Below are positions 11,504-24,727 of a DNA stretch of 64,000 nt, one piece after another. The position numbers were made by a program, and so were the translations under genes. The stretch spans positions 33,725-97,724 of the forward strand of contig MCFE01000310.1 in assembly GCA_002104905.1 (NCBI GenBank). Direction: 5' to 3'. The notes beneath the pieces are model-generated. The model had not been told where the DNA came from and made no database searches. It worked only from the letters and a program-made list of their open reading frames with translations. This stretch comes from Basidiobolus meristosporus CBS 931.73 (lineage: Eukaryota; Fungi; Basidiobolomycota). Numbering within the stretch: position 1 is the stretch's first letter; every line of letters begins with the position of its first letter.

Positions 11504-12250
11504 ATGAGATATCCTAGCAACGACCAGAATTCAGCGGAATGTCCCATTCTGCCCAGTCCGCGTTCTCTCTTCCCAGAGATATTCAGCGAGAATCCTCAGA
11601 TCAGTAGTGCTTTTAAGCCGAAGATCGCAACCTCCAGCTCCCACACAAATCTTGACAAATCCTTAGGTTTTGGTTTTGTTCAAAAACACAACGCGCTAAA
11701 TCTCTTTGGATGTTGCGAGGTCGGCTGCAACTGCGATGCAAATATGTTGGGTGGTTCATCGCCTTCAGATACCTTCTCCAGCCCCTCATCATCGTCTCCA
11801 ACCCCATCCTCTCCCGGTGGTTTTGAAAGCTTGCTACAGACTCAAGAGCGCAAGAGAAGAGCGGAGGATTACGCCCCGGATTATTTCACGTATCCTAGAG
11901 CAAAGACTCACAGAATGGACTCTAATCCTGGGCCATTTGGATTCACCGCCACTGAGATCGCTGATAATCCCGTCAATCTTCAAAGGCCATACCCCCTTAC
12001 TGCAAGCCCAGCCAAATCTATGCCGACGACCATTCGTAAGCCATACCAATGCACATTCTGTGGCAAACGCTTTGCCCGTCCCAGCTCGTTGAAAACACAC
12101 ACATATTCACACACTGGTGAAAAGCCATTTGTGTGCCCAGAAGAGGGTTGCCATAGTCAATTCTCTGTCCTATCTAACCTTCGTCGCCATGCCAAGTTGC
12201 ATGCCAGCATGAAAGGAGAACATGCTGACGCTATGAAGAACTACTCATAA
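11504..12250 (+). CDS. C2H2 zinc-finger transcription factor, FlbC-like (two fingers), intronless
   Basis: KPYQCTFCGKRFARPSSLKTHTYSHTGEKPFVCPEEGCHSQFSVLSNLRRHAKLH closely resembles the Aspergillus FlbC finger pair. The start codon is uncertain. Confidence 0.88.
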   Translation: MRYPSNDQNSAECPILPSPRSLFPEIFSENPQISSAFKPKIATSSSHTNLDKSLGFGFVQKHNALNLFGCCEVGCNCDANMLGGSSPSDTFSSPSSSSPTPSSPGGFESLLQTQERKRRAEDYAPDYFTYPRAKTHRMDSNPGPFGFTATEIADNPVNLQRPYPLTASPAKSMPTTIRKPYQCTFCGKRFARPSSLKTHTYSHTGEKPFVCPEEGCHSQFSVLSNLRRHAKLHASMKGEHADAMKNYS

Positions 12251-13058
12251 TACGCCTAGTATCAATGGTATTCTTTCATTCATGTTTCGATGTATTATAT
12301 GTATTTTTATGACAAGTCTGCTTTCTAATTCTTCTCATCATCCCTGAATCCATTTCTAAGCGTCGTTTCTCCACATGTTTCCTCACAACTCGAATGTATT
12401 ATTATATGTAAAGTAACCAACTGCGTGGGTTATATGTTCTATTAGTCAATCACTAATTGAATTAAAGTTGTTCTCAACTCCATTTCATTCCATGCACGGC
12501 CCCAACGTCGTTTGGCGGACCGGGTATTTCCGACATACCTCCCCAATTTCCCGCTCAACTTTATTTCGCCACCTGCGTGCATTGAAATGTTGGAGTATTT
12601 AATTTCCAAGCAAACACTTTTGTCTCCTTAAACACTCGGCTCATCCCTGCAAGAACGTAAATGGGAGGGCAGCCTATATTTTGGATTCCATAGGATCTAG
12701 GGAGGGCAATTGACTCCTACTTCAACTGGATCGAATATTAGAATGCAACCCCAGATATGATACTTGGCAACAGTCTGACTTTTTTGGATGAAACTAGCTC
12801 AATATCTCCACTTTTGGCAATACATGGTTTAGATTGAAGTGCATCGCCATGCAAGGTTGGTAATGGATCTGTTGATCGCCCAAGCTCTTCGCTCTCCAAT
12901 TCATTTTGAATACATAGCTGACTAACTTAGAGCCAAATTTAATCAAATCAACTCTCCCCAATTTCCCAAGTAAAGGAATGTCTACTCTACACAAAATTCT
13001 TATTTGAAACAAAATCACTTGAACAAGTGTCGGTGAATACTGCACCAAATACAAAGAG

Positions 13059-15516
13059 ATGGATCCTTCACTCGCACCAGAAACAGTAGGTGATGCTTTT
13101 GATCAGGACTTGGAGGAGCAAAGTTTGGATTTTCAGAAGTTACTGAGAACCCCTGTGAGCGATTATTATGGCCTCTTGAGTATCCCCAAAACGGTACCTA
13201 TCCTTATTGTCCATTGGATGCTGTTTCTTTGAAAACTAAGGATGTTCTCTTGTTTGGCTTGGGTTGGTAGGCGAATCTGGAAGAAATTGAAGCTGCTTAC
13301 AAAAATGCCTGTGCCTCGCTTCATCCCAACAACTATTCCGAACAGGAACTAAAGGATTTAGCGCAAGTAAGATTCGAAGCTGTACAACGCGCGTATGATG
13401 GTACGTTTCATGTTCATGAGACCAGCACTGAGGAAAATTGCCGATATATGTGAGATTCAAACCATGCTTCTCAATGTCTAGTTCTTGTATCCGTAGAGAA
13501 GCGTCCTATTTATGACCAGTACGGCGAAAAAGGCCTTAATAGCACCGGGGAGGTGGGCCCGAGAATCAAAACCCCCAAAGAGGTACACTAGAATGCCCAA
13601 AATAGCTGTATACAAATACTAATATCACTCTATATTGGTATTTAAAAGATGGAAGAAGAATACGAGCGTATGATCCAGAGAATACATGAGAAGGAGTTGG
13701 AGAATATCGTAAATACAAAGGTTGGATTGCTTCCACTCTACGCTCTACCATCTTGCTATTAACACTCCTGTATTGATTAGAGCCAGATTAATCTCGGCCT
13801 TGACATGTCCTCCGTGTTTGACCCATACTTTACACGCTACAACGAACCTGGCCTAATGAGCAGACTCTCAAAGTGTGGTATTAGCCAGCTTGAACTTAAG
13901 CATTCGATCCAGGTATATCGTATAGAGACTTTCACCTTACCGCCAGATTATCAACAACAACATTTTAGACAAACCTCTCAGACAAGACTGTGGCCATTCT
14001 ACGCGGAAACATGAATACAAGAAAAGGAATGGGTGGTGGAAACATTCTCGGAACGGTCCGACACACCTTCAATCCACATCTGTGGGCTGAGGTAGAGCTG
14101 CATTCATTCAGATTTAATTGATGGCATTCATTGTTGACGTGCGTGTGTTCTCTAGTTTACCACCTCTTTATTCGACCCGAAATTTGTTGGGGCCAAAGTG
14201 TTCCATACACTTTCAGCCAATAGCTTCCTGGTTGGTGAGACTTACACCGGCACGTGGCGCGCCCCTCCTGTAGTTCGACTGACTGCCGGAAGACGTATCG
14301 GAGAGGAAACAACAGGATATGTCAAGTTCAAATCCGGGCAGTATAGTATAGGACCATGGGGGGAATACTATGGCAACGTATTTGATTTCGAACAAGAGTT
14401 TTCTACCGCAGCGGTCGGCATGTCTAGACAAAATCGCAATAGTAAATGCTCCGTCGAGTTTCAGGTAAAATATTGGCGTGATGAGTGCACCGAATGTCTC
14501 CCCGTTGACAATCCTTTATTCCAGGCAGGTGCTGGGATGTCACGCATCTCTTTTAGTTACATAAGAAAACTCAACGCTGCGACCAACGTTCGCGCTGCGC
14601 TCAATTGCACAACCAACGGAATTATCGCGGCCATCGGTGGGGACACGAAGGTTTCCGAGCATAATAGAGTAGGACTTGCGGTGGAGTCTGGAGACAGCAA
14701 CGGTGTTACTCTCAAACTCAGGTATTATTCATTTATTGTTCGCGTTCCATTTGCACTATACTCACTTCATGTCGACTTAGACTAAGTCGCCTCGGACAAC
14801 GCTTGTCCCTGCCTATTATGCTAACTCCAGAGTTTGATCTTTCTTTCACTCTGTGGGCCATCGCCGCTCCATCCGTTAGCTTTTATTTGTTGGATAGATT
14901 GTGGCTTTCACCCAGAAGAAAACGATTGGCAATCGAGTAAGTGGTCTTTAGGTCAGATTCTGGCGATTATTGGATGATTGACAGGTATTTTCTGCAGAAA
15001 AATCGAAACCCTTAGGAGCCATCACAACGAATATTTGGAAGAACGCAAAAAGGAGGCGGTTGATGCCATGAGACTCATGAAGGAAGCGGTCGGTCGCAAG
15101 CAGCAGCAGGAAGACTCCAAGAATGGTACTTTTAACAACTGGTCTTCGCTTTTTCATTTGTTAACGACTTCCATATCCAGGTCTGGTCATTACCCAAGCA
15201 CTCTATGGCAATTTTGAAGAATCCCGCACGATTGATGTTACCATTGCTGTTCAAGCATTGGTAAACAACTCCCAACTGATCATCGCTGGCGGCCATTCTA
15301 AGGTATTCCATGAACCACACTTGACTTGTACTCAACATGTATTCTTACCTTCCATTCCAGTCCAATATCATTGGATTCTACGATCCTTGCTTTGGCTCTC
15401 GCAAGCAGCTCAACATTTCGTACAAGTTCCAAGGTCAAGAGCATCAAGTGACCATTGGAGATACTAGCCCCTTAGCCTGCCCCATTCGTGAACATATGCG
15501 CGGTCCACATTACTAA
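13059..15516 (+). CDS. DNAJC11: DnaJ protein DNAJC11 family (J domain plus C-terminal DUF3395), multi-exon
   Basis: DYYGLLSIPKT|ANLEEIEAAYK...LHP...FEAVQRAYD|...IYDQYGEKGL...EVGPRIKTPKE. C-terminus has LVNNSQLII...GFYDPC...KQLNISYKFQGQEHQVTIGD...LACPIREH. The J-domain motif reads HPN rather than HPD. Confidence 0.85.
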
Positions 15517-15722
15517 ACAAACGTTTTGGGCATAGAAATAACATCAGGCAAATATTATGGCATTCATCTATGTCGGACAGAGATCACCATAATTTCACAT
15601 TTTGCATTCCAAATTCACACCACGAAAAATAAACATAGGATCTGTTTAGTGTATCTTGGCTCCGTCTGGTGCAAGATTGTAAGAAGGTAGGAGGTCAGCT
15701 CTAGGTGTTTATTGATGAGAGA

Positions 15723-18700
15723 TTAGTGGCTTCTAGTGTGTGTAAAACTGAGTTTGGGGGAGATATGGTATTTCAATGGTTCAGGTGTGATTTGAATTAC
15801 TAAGCATTTGGAATTGATGGCATGCTGTGTCTGAAGCCTTCTGCATTGGTTGAGAATGAGGTTGTCATATTTCGGAATGTCCGGCTCAACCAGTTTGATC
15901 AAATGGAACTCGATGTAACAGTTGGCTAGTTTAAGGATATCAGTAAGTCTCTCAAAATCGTCATGAACCGTAGCCACGTTACCAGTCCACGCATTCTGTT
16001 TGATGTCCAGTTTGGTGTTTAATTTGAAACAGTACGGCCGTATGGGGGTGAATTTGGATGATGACGGCCAGAAGGATTCCACCGATCGATCAGGATATGT
16101 AACCTATTTCAAAGGATTAGATCGCACAACCGCAGGCTCAAACAGGAAGCACTCACCTGAAGACCGATTGTTCCAACATCAACAACGTTATACAATTCAG
16201 CCTCAATTTGTACTCGTAACGGAATCATTGACAAATACTCCACGGGCTTTTCCGGGTTGGTGATGGGGGAGATTATTTCACCAGCAGTTTGTTTGATAGT
16301 GCTTCTGAGATCAGGCCTCAGCAGAGTAAACTCCTAGAGCTCTGATCATGAATAAAATGTATGATTGCTACGAATGGTCTTAAGGAATACCGTAATATGC
16401 GGCAACAGCAGAAAGAGATAGTTGGGCGCAGCAGAGCTCTGGATTTTGATGAGTTCGGATTTCAAATGATCGATCCCGGCAAGACATATGCCCTCCCGTT
16501 CTGATATCCTGTCAAGATGGGTTGGTAATGGACCTTGGAGATACATGGAATAGGGCTTACCTTTGAATGTATGTGATCCTGTTTACAAATAATTGTACAT
16601 TTTCCTGTAGACTAAATTGACTGCTCATTGTTAGTTGAACTATGTATGCACCAGGCTCAAAGCCCACTGTACCTGCTGCTACCGTTTAGTGATCCAATGA
16701 GCCATAGTGTATTTGCCAACAAGCGGATGTGGATTACGTCAAGTTTGGTGGTTCCAGTCAATCCCAGGAAGGTTTTCTCCAAGCGATACGAGATTTCTAG
16801 CAATTTGGACGCCAATTGAGGAGCCATGTTCATGAAGCCGAGCTGAAGGTGAGCTTTCTTGGCCTTGGAAAATCATTAGTGCGCCGAATATGTGCAGTCG
16901 TAGATCTCAGACTCACTTGAACTATCATCGTGTAACATTCTAATAACAATATACAAAACTGCGCTTTGCCAACAAATAGTGGCTTGAGTTGATTGATATA
17001 TCCAAGATCCCTGGTTAACCAGCGGTGTTAAAAGACAACAAGCGACACGATGGGGCATGTTGGTGGCCATACCTGGTGCAATTCTCAATGATCATATCCA
17101 CGTCCAGATGCTTATCCAAGAAGATTGTCTCGTAGATCTCTTGCACTCTGGTGAAGACCCTGTTTGTGAAATCCGTAACATGTGCTACGTTCATTAGGAA
17201 ACATTAGCATCGATGATATACCCATCAAGCACAGGCACACTTCAATATATACCATCCGAATTTGCAATATCCAGCTTTTGGCACCCATAGGTGTTGCTCT
17301 CAGCAGATACAACAATACCCGAAGACTGCATTGAAAATGTGTTGGTAGGCGGCAATGAAAACAGTGGAGAACTCTGTAGAATACCTCGACGTCAGGGAAG
17401 CAGCCGGGAAACTTGCTCTGTAGGTATGGGTAATGTTTGTAAACAAATTTCGGCAGTATGGGAAGGATTCTGGTATTTTTGACCGCGGCGTTCATAACCA
17501 AAATCAAGTGACCAACATCTACAGCGAACTTTAGCAATTGAGGACAATTTGCTGACATCGGTTAAAGAATCATTACATTGTGGGTCATCTGGATTGGCCT
17601 CGCGGGTCATGAAGACCTTGTCCAGTTTAAGTAGATCGGCCACCTGCGTTTCTAAAGCACGTATCAATGCGACAACGCCCATCACTCAATCTGCCAGTAC
17701 ATCAAGGTAGCATACCGATCATCTCGTTGTGGCGTTGCCCAATCTCTCTAAAACATTTGTATATGGACAGTTGGTCCCCTGGATACCGATTCATGTTGTT
17801 CATTAAAGCCTCTAGAAACATGGTGATACACCCTCCAGACTCCATGAGCACGACCCTAACCCATACTATCAGCAAACGAGCAATAGATTTGTTCTGAAGT
17901 CAACCTTACTTGAGCATTCCATGGACAGACTCTCTGACTATTCGGTTGGCGTCTTCCAAAACACCCAGTACGATTTGCAACTGCTCCGCGTCCAACTTGA
18001 TCAAGAATTTGCTTCCGATTTTCCGCAAACTATTAATGGCATTGAGGCGAACATGGTCGATATCATCGTTAAACATATCTATAGGGTTGAATAAGATGAT
18101 GGCGTCAAGAAGTGAGTGGCGGAAGCGTCGACAGTTGATTAGAAATATTCACTTACCCACCAGGAAATCAACAGCGCGAGCGGCAAACTCCTCGGAATAC
18201 ATGCATAATTCGCAGATAGAATCTATTCAAATACCCATCAACACTAATCCAAGTCCATAAAGCACAAGCGGTAACTAACCTACGGCAGCATTCCTCACCT
18301 CCTGGTACTCATCTTCCAGTCCGTGAATGAATGCACCACAGGCCCCCGAATCCAGTAATCTGAATTCATCAGATTCGACATCCAAGTCACCCTCTGGCGT
18401 GGGTATGCTTTTTCCTTTCTAAGGATATCGGGAAGAGACGAGTCAATTCTCAGGCTGAAGCCACAACTACTAGAAGATCGAATAGTTACTTGTTTTCCTT
18501 TGGGTGTTGGAGCGCCCCCAACTGTTCTGTGGGTAGGTCTTTTCAGATGCGACATGACTTTTTTGCTAAACGTTTGCGAGAGAAATTTGAAATCAACATA
18601 ACGGTAGCCACCCATGATGCTGCACGCCTAAGAGACATCAGCCACTGCACTACAACACAACAATCCACTGCCATATCTACCTTGGTTCGGACCTTTACGG

Positions 18701-19690
18701 ATATGTCGTTTACCATGTCACATATCTTTACAAAAGCGTCATCCACAAGACGAATCTGCTCGTTAACAGTTTCGTGTGGGACTCGAACCATATGCTCTGG
18801 ATACGTAGTACTCAACACCCTATCAATTAAGCTATGCGTAAGTAGAGACGAATTTCGAGACACGCATCCACATTGTATACCAAATCAGCTGCAACGCCTC
18901 GGTTCGGACTTCCTCGAAATCGTCCTTCAGAGCCGATAAACTCAGTCGGTATATAATCAGATCCAGTTTGTATCCGCGCAAATGTAATTGATACAGAGTA
19001 TGTAATGATGTCTAAAGTATCCCAAAGTAAAAAGGGCTGTGAGCACCCATGTTTGGATACGCATCATGTTGCTGTCAAAGACATACTTGACGAACTCGTG
19101 GATCTCCGTCAAGGGCGTAGTTCCCTATAATCATTTGCAACTCCCTTGAAGTAAGCACTCTAGGATCTACCACTTTTTCGAGAGCCTGTTCACTCCATGA
19201 AATCAAACTTATCCAAGCTATTAATTCTATGCAAGCTTTACGAATCAAGTATTGCTGGTCCGACAATTCTAAGATCAGGGTGGAGGTGTATGACTTCAAC
19301 TGATCCAATACAGGCTTTACAGTAGCGAAGATTCTTGACCTGTGTAAATGGGCTGGTTAGTGCATAACATGGCAAAATGGGTATATTCACTCCACATACT
19401 TTAAGTAGCCATATTAGCTTGCTATAAGTGGTATATCGGACAGTTGTCGATTTTGAAGAGGCCTATGAAGAGGAGCATTTGTAAGCAAGAGGATTTATTT
19501 TGTACATCCAGTCTGCTCGAAGTACAAGAATTGAGATCAATACCTCGTTTAAAAGTGTTTTGACTAACTCTTGAGAATCCACCTGCTCGTTCAGATCTGA
19601 ACTAATACTTTCTGGTAACTATCGATTGACTTAATTCAGCTATATTGCTAATGACCGCTATGTTCATTCACTTCTTCATACCTTAGTCAT
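15723..19690 (-). CDS. INTS4: Integrator complex subunit 4-like HEAT-repeat protein, many exons
   Basis: DGDPRVR, LKDDFEEVRTEALQLIW, RLVDDAFVKICDMVNDISVKVR, SGACGAFIHGLEDEYQEVR, AVDFLV...DMFNDDIDHVRLNAINSLRKI. These match INTS4 motifs. Exon boundaries are only partly resolved. Confidence 0.82.
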
Positions 19691-19935
19691 AGAATTGGTG
19701 GTCAATGTCTTTCAAACACCACCAGATTGATTGGTATCCTGTCACTGATATGGCTGTGACCGAACAATTTTCTAATTTGCAAATTGATGAATACTTCAAT
19801 CATGCTTTTATGCAAATGTTTAGGATGGCTATGATCTGTTCCTTTCGACAGATATGGCGACATCTACATCCCAGCAACCCACCTAAACATTTCCGCTAGC
19901 GTTTCTCGCAACTTTCATTCTTCACGTCACTCGAG

Positions 19936-20412
19936 ATGACAGATTATCTTGGTTACGGTTTTGGTGCTGCTGTAGCTGCTGGTGGAATTCTTGGCTATGC
20001 AAAAGCTGGTAAGTATTAGTGAACACATTTCCCGTTCCCATCCGTTATTAACTTAAGTGTAGGTAGTAAGCCCTCGCTAGCCGCTGGTCTCTCCTTTGGA
20101 GGGCTCATCGCCTATGGCGCTTCCAGAGTTAGCGAAAACCCTAAAGATGCTCATGTGGCTTTTGGTACACTATGCTCATTAACAAACATGCAACGAAGCG
20201 TAACTAACATGTATGATTTGTACAGGTGTGAGTGCCGTGCTTTTATGGATCATGGGTAAGAAATACTATCGTGGTAGAAAGTTGATGCCTGCTGGTATTA
20301 TTGCACTTCTCAGGTAAGGTTGACCAAAAATATTATCATATACCCTTGCTAAATGTTTTACGCTTCCAGTCTGGTCATGACCACTCGTTATGGGTATTTC
20401 TTGAAGAACTAA
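19936..20412 (+). CDS. TMEM14: TMEM14/UPF0136 small membrane protein, 4 exons
   Basis: MTDYLGYGFGAAVAAGGILGYAKAG|SKPSLAAGLSFGGL..., MGKKYYRGRKLMPAGII. Confidence 0.88.
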
Positions 20413-20519
20413 CTGCCTGTTTACTACACCACTCGTAGTGATAACACTCATGATTGGAAATGTTTATTGTCTGTCAATAAATAAAGATGTATTTACATGT
20501 CAACACTGGTCGAAGCTGA

Positions 20520-21264
20520 CTAATTTTTGCCAGTAGAACCAAAGCCACCAGCGCCACGCACAGTTTCTTCCAAATCCTCCACAACTTGTACTTCAGGTGT
20601 CACGATTTTCTCAAGAACCAATTGAGCAATACGATCACCAACGCTGATTTTGAAAGATTCTTCCTTGTTGAAGTTGAACAATACAACACCAAGGTTTCCC
20701 TAGAAATGTATTGAAAGCCAGCTTAGTCGCGACGAACATCAATCAGATTGATAGATCAAATAATAATAACCCTGTAATCTTCATCTACAACTCCTGCGCC
20801 TACGTCAATGAAGTTCTTGACAGCGAGTCCACTTCTGGGTGCGACCCTTCCGTATGTACCGGGAGGAACGTGAATACTTATGTCAGTCTTGACAACAGCA
20901 CGAGTTTGGGGCTCCATAACGACGTCCTCAGCACTTGGATAGGGCTATTAGTGAGTTCTCTCAAATACACCGAGTCAAAATATATATACCTGAACAAATC
21001 GTAACCGGCAGCACCAGAACTGCCTCTGGCAGGAGCTTTGGCTTTGTCACTGAGGAGCTTGACCTTTAGGGAAGGGATTCTCTCGGTTCCCAAGTCAGAA
21101 GAGCATCTGCGCTTGGGGATTTTGGTAGCACCCGAGTCACAGGAATCAGTGGGGCTTGGAATTGCGTTACTAGAACCCATTTGTTTGAAGTGATATGTCC
21201 CGAGGCGTGAAGTCAAAGGCTGTGAGAAAACTCTCAAACAAAGCTGTCGTCGTGTTGAAAACAT
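20520..21264 (-). CDS. DUT1: dUTP pyrophosphatase (trimeric), with N-terminal extension
   Basis: [36 protein letters not shown]|[26 protein letters not shown]. All five dUTPase motifs are present. In-frame ATGs at 21264 and 21180. Confidence 0.96.
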
Positions 21265-21624
21265 ATCAGTATTTATGAAAATAAAATAATGAAAACACGC
21301 CACGGAACGTGTAGGCAATCCCTGAATAGTGAAGAAAAACAAACTCTGTTGATTATGTGGGATTGCGGCATGATGTGCTCTGAAACTACGGTGGTTTCAA
21401 ATTACAGATACAATCATCGGAATTGTCGATATTTGGGGGTCACGTTGATGGTCATTGAAAAATACGAGCGCGTCATAAGGTTGTGATTAATTAAAACGCG
21501 TTATTTAAATGAGATACGTTTTTCGAGGCAGTAGTCGTGAATGGATTTTCACGAGAATTTTCATTTTAATTTATATACATCAAAACACCCAATAAGCTTT
21601 GTGAGTTTGTAGACTGCAGCTTTA

Positions 21625-22751
21625 ATGTCTTTACCTGCCTCTTCTTCCAGCCAGTTGCCCTATCAAAGTATGACCCCCGTTGCAAACACAGGTTTGGAAC
21701 ATGTGGCAACTGGGTATCCACAAGTCCAATCCCAAAACCAACCGCCAGCAGTACACGTAGCCGCCAGTCACGCCCAGGCTCAAGGCCAAGCTGCCAACCA
21801 ACAACTCTCGCAACAAGATCAATTCTTACAGAACTTCTGGGCAAGCCAGGTTTCTATTGCAGAGACATACGAGTCGGACTTTAAGCTGCACCCACTTCCT
21901 TTGGCTAGAATTAAAAAGGTTATGAAGACTGATGAGGACGTCAAGGTAATGTGATATTACTTTGTACCAGGCAATACACGATCTCATCGCTAACCAAAAG
22001 TTCCCCTGTTGCTTGTTTCACCTCAAATCCGCCTTAATTAGATGATAAGTGCTGAAGTAAGCATTCTACTCGTGGGCCTTGTGTCATACGTTTGAGCTAA
22101 CGCTTATTTAGGCGCCCATTCTTTTCTCCAAAGCCTGTGAGATATTTATTACGGAGATCACTATGCGTGCCTGGATGCATGCAGAAGAAAACAAACGCCG
22201 AACTCTACAGCGAAGTGATGTAGCGAGCGCTGTGAGCAAGTCGGACCAGTTTGACTTCCTTATTGATATCGTACCTCGCGAGGACCTGTCTAAGGCTAAA
22301 AGGCCTAAGGAGGAGGTAAGAACACACGCGTTTAGTTTTCAATTTGACCTCACTAAACATGTCGTATCTAGTCTGAGATTTACGATCCAAATGCCTATGC
22401 CGCTTATTACCAGGCTGCAGGCCTTTCACAATACCAAGGGGTAACTTTGATGGCTTAACAAGTAATATCTATTTCTCTTATTTATATTTTACTCTTCTCC
22501 GAAGGGACTTGCTGTAGATCAACGCGTAATTGATCCTGCCTATTACCAGCAGGTACGACTGTATGTCACTTATCTTGTACTTTACACATGCTCAACCAGC
22601 TATTTAGTTTACCCAAGAGCAGCTTCAGCAGTATCAGCTTCAGTTGCAGCAGCAGATGCAACAGTCCCAGCAATATCAAATGCGTGCACCTACCGGGACA
22701 GCTTACACGACGCCGGGTCAAGGGCAGCCACAGCAATCATCGCAAGAATAG
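21625..22751 (+). CDS. HAP5: CCAAT-binding factor subunit C (Hap5/NF-YC)
   Basis: [17 protein letters not shown]|MISAE|[29 protein letters not shown]...[12 protein letters not shown], with Gln-rich termini. Includes a 15-nt microexon at 22042-22056. Confidence 0.95.
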
Positions 22752-23559
22752 TAAACGGTCTACTCATTCATTTTGCTTGTGCACGACTTCAATTAGAATC
22801 ACCTCGAAATGGGACCAGCTACCTAGCAAACTCCCACTAGACTTGGTCGTCAACGCGCGGGTCTTCGCCCACAAAGTTAAACGAGTTTCACCATTTCGTA
22901 ATGTCCTTTTCCCCGACTTCGGGCAATTTTTATGCATATAGTTTTTACTTGGTTTTTGCCTTTTCTTTATTTCTGTTCGATTTCGATTTCGATAAATATT
23001 TGTGATAATCGTTTTAATCCCTTTGAAGATGTAGTAGATGGTAATATTAAATCTTCTTGAAACCCACAGTTTGTGATTCCTCGATTGTTGGTTGCAGCGC
23101 GGATTGTGTATATATGATAGCGCCAGGAGATGCACACCCAAAGGTTAATGTCTTTCAACAATGCCTGGCTCATGATTAGTGATTCTGACAAACAGAATGA
23201 AGTTGTTACATGGACCATAAACAACGTTGCATTAGGATACAGGCTGAGTCCGGTGAATTTTAGGGAATAAATAATGGTTTTCATTTCGGTTGGGCATGCA
23301 GAGGGCCGAAGTGAAAGGGCACAATAATTCAAACAATGATGGCAATAATTTATATTGTTGCTAGAGGGCAAGGTACTTGAATTCATTCATTCAAAGGTAT
23401 ATATGTTGGATACCGGGATCCTGTGCCTACGGAGGCTTTTCTCGATTAATATATATTGTCTGTCAGCCGAATACGAAGTGTATATCTTGAATACTCTTGA
23501 TTCTAAACCCTCAGCTGTTCATTGCTGACAGTTCTTCAAAAGTGCTTACTCACTGACCA

Positions 23560-24192
23560 TTGGTTATCAGCGTCATGGCAAACAACCTCCTTCCTTTTGA
23601 ACACGCCCAGCTGGCCACATTTTCGAAAGAGAAGGTGTACTCCTTGTCAAGACTGGCTTCGGAGCTGATGTTTACCATGCTCCACAAGAAAGAAGAAGGG
23701 TCGTGTCGAGTGACAGGAGCCTTTTTTACCCACTTCTGCCATAATATAGTTTCGAAAAGCTCGATATCGACCGCAACAGTGTATCTGGCCCTGAAATATG
23801 TCCAAAGGATCAAAGAACATGCCGCGGTGTTGGAAAAGGAACAGGATTTCGAATTCAATTTATTCCTTGCAGCGGTTGTCCTTGCCCACAAGAGTCTCGA
23901 GGACTGTACTTATGCTAATCGCACCTGGTGCCAATTGAGTGGACTATCGTTGAACATACTAAATCAATGGGAGAAAAGACTGCTCTCCATGATTAAGTAC
24001 AACACCCATGTGTCTGCCGAGGAATTTTTCCAGTGGTCACTCTACATTCGCCAGTTTGAGCGTCATAACACAAATTTAATTCAACCCCAAGCAGCACCTA
24101 CAACTGGGCGCCGTTGGTCTTTCCCCAACGTGCATCAGGGTGGCAACGTAATGGGAAACTCTTGGGAACCCATATCTGTGCGTCGGAGATGA
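23560..24192 (+). CDS. Cyclin-fold protein of the Pho85-cyclin (Pcl/Clg1-like) group, intronless
   Basis: FCHNIVSKSSISTATVYLALKYVQR...LFLAAVVLAHKSLEDCTYANRTWCQLSGLSLNILNQWEKRLL. Confidence 0.8.
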   Translation: MVISVMANNLLPFEHAQLATFSKEKVYSLSRLASELMFTMLHKKEEGSCRVTGAFFTHFCHNIVSKSSISTATVYLALKYVQRIKEHAAVLEKEQDFEFNLFLAAVVLAHKSLEDCTYANRTWCQLSGLSLNILNQWEKRLLSMIKYNTHVSAEEFFQWSLYIRQFERHNTNLIQPQAAPTTGRRWSFPNVHQGGNVMGNSWEPISVRRR

Positions 24193-24727
24193 TGTCCACG
24201 CCATTCACGGCTGTATGGAACAATATTTTATATCTTAATCGCATTCAAATATCCCCCCTCCCAAATATCTAATCGAAATCGGCGAAACTTTGGCAGAAGC
24301 TTAACTAACTTCGCATTTATCATGGATATATGTACATAATGAAACTAACATGCTTATCAATGAAGACATAAAGCGCTATCTATTAGAAATCCATATCGCT
24401 AGGTTGCAGCGGGGCCCTGGTGCAACATTCCTGTTAACGCTCCAAACAGGTGGGTAGCGTGGTCCCTTAAACACACGGTTGTTTAAATCTTTTGTAAGGG
24501 CTTCATGATCAATGGTCTCCTTTTCCATTTAAAGAGAAAGCGCTGTTGATATGGTTGTGTTACAAATTCCATCTTCGATGAGAATGTGAGTCATTTAATG
24601 GCTTAGCCATTAATAAATATCGCTGATGACGAGTTGAAAACGCGTGGACGTACCGCTTTAGGTATAAATACAGATACGGGTGGCGTAGGAAATACCGTTT
24701 TCCGTATCACTGTAGCTTTCTTTATCG

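Noticed and set aside
18490-18939. 149-aa plus-strand ORF and similar antisense ORFs over INTS4, EFR3, LHS1 and DPP5
   Set aside because: Antisense shadows of well-supported genes.
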